This document shows, piece after piece, positions 45,280 through 48,975 of a DNA stretch of 48,975 bases (the stretch's first letter is position 1; every line of letters begins with the position of its first letter). The notes under the pieces were generated by a model that saw only the letters and a list, made by a program, of their open reading frames with translations, did no database searches and had not been told where the DNA came from. Both the position numbers and the translations under genes were made by a program. The stretch comes from Chiloscyllium plagiosum (lineage: Eukaryota): NCBI RefSeq assembly GCF_004010195.1, contig NC_057752.1, positions 13,020,352 to 13,069,326 on the forward strand. Reading direction: 5' to 3'.

Positions 45280-47594
45280 ATAAATCGCCTGATAAGTTGG
45301 CCTAAAGTTGCAGTTTCAAGCTGTGCTTCTTTATTTAAAATAATAGGTTTTTTTGTACCCATAATAGTCACATTTAGCTGCAAAGGATCACACAGTTAAA
45401 CTAGGCCAGGGGGATCCTATTTTTCAGGCACTTGTACGGCCTCCTAATGACAGAAAGGCAGCAGGATGTGTGCACACATCCAACCTGATGGGTGCCGACC
45501 ACCATGTTGGCTGAGGACAAATAAGCAACATCCTTTACCCATGCCTGGAGCGGTCCATTTGCACATGAAAATAAGGGTCTGACCATCTGCCACAGTCCCC
45601 CATTGCAGCATTAACCAAGGCAACTGATCGTTCAAGCCTGCTAGGCCATTGCGTTCTGGGTAGGGGGCTCAGATGTGGCAATGAAGGGAAAGGAATGGCA
45701 GTGGTCACAGAATTAGGCTGAGCATACCTTCCACCCTGGACTCCATGGAAAGGGGTGGATTAAAAAATACCAACGACATCGAAGGCCACTCAACGATCCT
45801 GAGTAAGGTGGAGGTACGATGGGCCAAATAGCCTCCTGCTGCTCCATATAAGTTCTATGAGGTAGGCCCAATGTTTATTCTACTCATTAAGAGTTCCAAC
45901 AGGCACTAGGCCCCCTTGATCATTAAAGGTGCCTATTCCCTGCTTGGGTGGTAACTCAGGATTTGGTGCAGGCCAAACAGATACATGGTAAGTCTGCTTG
46001 AAGCAGTCACCCAATTCATGACTTAAGGGTCTCAGACGCTCCAAGACAGTCAGTGGCTGATTGATGGTCTCGACCTGAGGCAGTGGGATACCCCTTGGGA
46101 GCCATGCCCTTGCTTTTGAAGACCCCAGCTCTCTAGCCTGCAACTGTCACTGTGTGGAACTCCCCCTCCACAGGGTCTGATTCTGAGGAAGGTCGACCAG
46201 TGGCTGATATGCCACCACAATGTGGGCATTGTGCCTCTAGCACGGTATTTGAACCTTAAGGGGCAACATTTGTGTTAGCTTCCATAACATAAGAACTAGA
46301 CAGAGTGACGTGGCACAGAAAGATTCATTCGACTCGTTTCTGCTACCCAAATGCCTTGCAGTTGTAGGCATTTCAGAAGCTGGGCTATGCTAAGCGTTTA
46401 CAAACAGTAACACAGCAAGTCCTGCTTCAAGTGGCCCCAGTTAGGATGGAGACTGAGAGCTTTATAACCTAAAGTCACAGTGTAAATATCATAAGCACGA
46501 TTCTTAAAGATAGATATATCGCATACTAACTGTGAGATATACTACAACAGCGGTGGCACCACTGCCTCATTGGCATGTGGTTCTTTGGGCATTCCCTGGA
46601 AGAGGCAGCGCGGTTCTCTTGCCAGCTCTGCAGCCAGCTGGTGAGACCCCCAATGCCTCAATAAGATCCTGCCTATTATTACCCAACACTGGGGGGGGAA
46701 CAAAAAATAAATTGCAGCATCTCTCCTGCTCATTGTCAGTCCAGTGCAAGCCCAAGCCAACTGCTCTTGGGACCCTGTTTCAAAAGCAGTGTGTTCCGCA
46801 TGAATCCAGCCAACAGCGAAACTACCCAGCAAACCGAAACACAAAGCTGCCAGGGCTGCTGACTGCTTTCTCCAGAGAGGGGCTTCAAGCTCTCAGCCAT
46901 TAAGAAGGCATTAATATTGAATGAGCCTAATGGGACAAGATGCCTCCATTATAAACATTTTAAATGATTGATGATGGATTAAAACAATGTATTTAGACTC
47001 CAACTGAAAGTTGGGTTCTGTCTGCAAACACCATCTGATATGATAGTCTGGGAATTTGCTTGTTTTTGCATTTTTGAGCTGGCAGTCCTGTCTGAATCAT
47101 TAGGCTTAGCCAAAGGTGGGACGGTTGAAGACAGCTATTTGAATTGCATTATTGAAGAACCCGTAATGTATAAACACAGAAAATGCTGGCAAACGCTCAG
47201 CAACAGAGTCTATAGGCTCTGAGCCTAGAGAGACGATAGCAACAGAGGCTAGAGGTGATGGCCCCTGGCCCATCAATGGACAGCTCGCACCCTCCTCCTG
47301 AGCCATGCCCCATTGTAATGGGTGTGGATTGGGCATTCGTTAGCTACTCTGGGAGTTCACTGTGCTGCGTTGAATGGGGTGCTCACTGCCATAAAGCTGG
47401 TACCACATCCTTAGTGCCTTCCCCGACCTCCCTGCCAGACCTTCCCAAAATCACTTACAAGTCTGGGTGACATCTTCTATTTTTCCTTGGGATTGCTTGT
47501 AGTTCCAGCGGCCACCATTCCTCTCTGGGGCTACTGGGATGACAGGTTGGTTGGCCACTCCCAAGGGCAGGACTTCCTCCTCGATATGGGTACA

Positions 47595-47806
47595 AATGTT
47601 TTACACAGAGGGTGGTTCGCATGTGAACTGAGCGTCCTGAGGAAGTGGTGGATGTGGGTGAAATTACAACATTTAAAAGACATTTGGATAGATAATTGAA
47701 AAGGAAAGGTTTTAGAGGGATATGGGCTAGGATCAGGCAGGTGGAACTAGTTTAGTTTGGGATTATGTTCAGTTGGACCAAAGGGTCTTTTTCTGTGCTG
47801 AATGAC
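47595..47806 (+). mobile_element. CR1/HER1-like 3' end
   Basis: Matches 16247-16470. Confidence 0.82.
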
Positions 47807-48084
47807 CGTCAGTGCCACTGTTATCCAATGAATTCCACCCCTAGCGTGATCTGAATGGCAGACAGGCAGATGGCTGGTCAGCGAGATGCCAGCCAGTCTT
47901 TAGGTTTGGGGGCAATCTGTACCCTGGCAAAGTTCACCCTAATATTGTCAGAACCAAAAGAATTTAGAGATTTAATAATCTTTCCACAAGAATGGGAGAT
48001 GGGAGCAAGAAATGACAGGCAAAATCTGTGATCGGTTGGAAAAGGAATGACAAAACGGATCATGGTGCAAGGCAGAAGGGGAAT

Positions 48085-48525
48085 GATAAATGCACTGTGT
48101 GGAGTTCTGGTCACCTCACTACAGGAAGGTTGTAATAGCATTAGAGGAGCTTTCACCTGGATTTCCTTAGGATAGAGGAATTGAGCTATCAGGAGAGACA
48201 AAGAAGGCTTGGATTGTTTTCTTTTGAGCAGAGAAGACTGAGGAGGGACACGATTAAAAGGGATATGGACAGGGTGAATAGAGAGCAGCTGTTTCCTGCT
48301 TGGTTGAGGGGTCAATCACAAGGGGACTGAGGTTTAGATAAGGGAAGGAGATTCAGAGGGGATTTGGGGGAAAAAAATTCACTCGGCAGGTATTGGGAAT
48401 TTGGGGAATGCACTGCCTGGGGAGGTAGTGGAGGCCAGAAACCTTACAATCTTGAAAAAATATTCAGATGAGCACTTGAAATATAATTCAAGGATATGGG
48501 ACAAGTGCAGGAAATTGGGATTAAT
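48085..48525 (+). mobile_element. Old CR1 3' ORF2 fragment
   Basis: Decayed LGLFSFEQRRLRG..WNALPGEVVEA peptide. Confidence 0.72.
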
Positions 48526-48534
48526 GCACTTTTT

Positions 48535-48730
48535 TTATTCCCTCATGTGATGAGGGCGTTGCTGGCTGGGTCAGCATTTATTCCCTATCCTTAGCTGCCC
48601 TCTGGGCAATTAAGAGTCAACCACATCACTGTGGGTCTGGAGTCACATGTAGGCCAGACCAGGTAAGGATGGCAAATTTCCTTCACTAAAGGGCAATAGT
48701 GAACCAGATGGGTTTTTCCAAACAATCGGA
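48535..48730 (-). mobile_element. Family D SINE 3' half
   Basis: TTAAGAGTCAACCACAT..GGTCTGGAGTCACATGTAGGCCAGACCAGGTAAGG plus the shared tail. Confidence 0.78.
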
Positions 48731-48743
48731 AGAGACAACATTT

Positions 48744-48975
48744 CAGTTGAATAAAGGGAACTATGGAGCTATGAGGGAGGAGCTGGCCAAAGTTCAATGG
48801 TGCAATACCTTAGCAGGGATGACAGTGGAGGAACAATGGCAGATCTTTCTGTGTATAATGCAGAAGGTGCAGGATCAGTTCATTCCAAAAAGGAAGAAAG
48901 ATCCTATGAGGAGGCAGGGGTGGCCGTGGCTGACGAGGAAAGTTAAGAAACATATAAAGTCAAAAGAGAAAAAGT
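48744..48975 (+). mobile_element. Young CR1 ORF2 segment (endonuclease-RT linker), open to the window end
   Basis: LNKGNYGAMREELAKVQW...VEEQWQIF..IMQKVQDQFIPKRKK...PWLTRKVKKHIKSKEK, with no stops. Confidence 0.85.

Noticed and set aside
45400..47940. GC-richer patches that might be non-autonomous DNA transposons (also ~4600-4780 and ~6660-6950)
   Set aside because: I could not pair terminal inverted repeats or TSDs by eye, so these are left unannotated.
34166..48975. Search for downstream RhoGEF exons (EEEQK..AL and DH-domain start ELVETE)
   Set aside because: No matching frame with splice sites was found by eye. They probably lie beyond the window, though a short divergent exon could have been missed.

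Overview
This is eukaryotic genomic DNA, almost certainly from a shark. The inference rests on HE1-type V-SINEs, abundant CR1/HER1-type LINE fragments and SacSINE1-like DeuSINEs; a carpet or bamboo shark is plausible but not provable. The window is mostly intron. I can support two + strand coding exons (17326-17618 and 34037-34165) that splice in frame and encode the N-terminal, pre-DH region of a Trio/Kalirin-family RhoGEF, most likely ARHGEF25 (p63RhoGEF/GEFT). The first exon and the DH-domain exons were not found. Nearly all other ORFs in the track are spurious or are decayed retroelement fragments. The most notable hidden structure is a set of about 12 minimal type I hammerhead-ribozyme motifs, intact to decayed, carried by Penelope-like element ends of at least three families. 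One insertion retains a GIY-YIG endonuclease remnant. Several are short, ORF-less insertions with 14-16 bp target-site duplications or inverted/fold-back architecture. A 36/40-bp minisatellite built on the palindrome GGTCAGCTGACC (E-box core) lies just upstream of the first visible exon, and a CR1 inserted into it is flanked by an exact 38-bp duplication. There are no prokaryotic systems and no CRISPR array. Repeat family names come from pattern recognition, not database search, and boundaries of old repeats are approximate.
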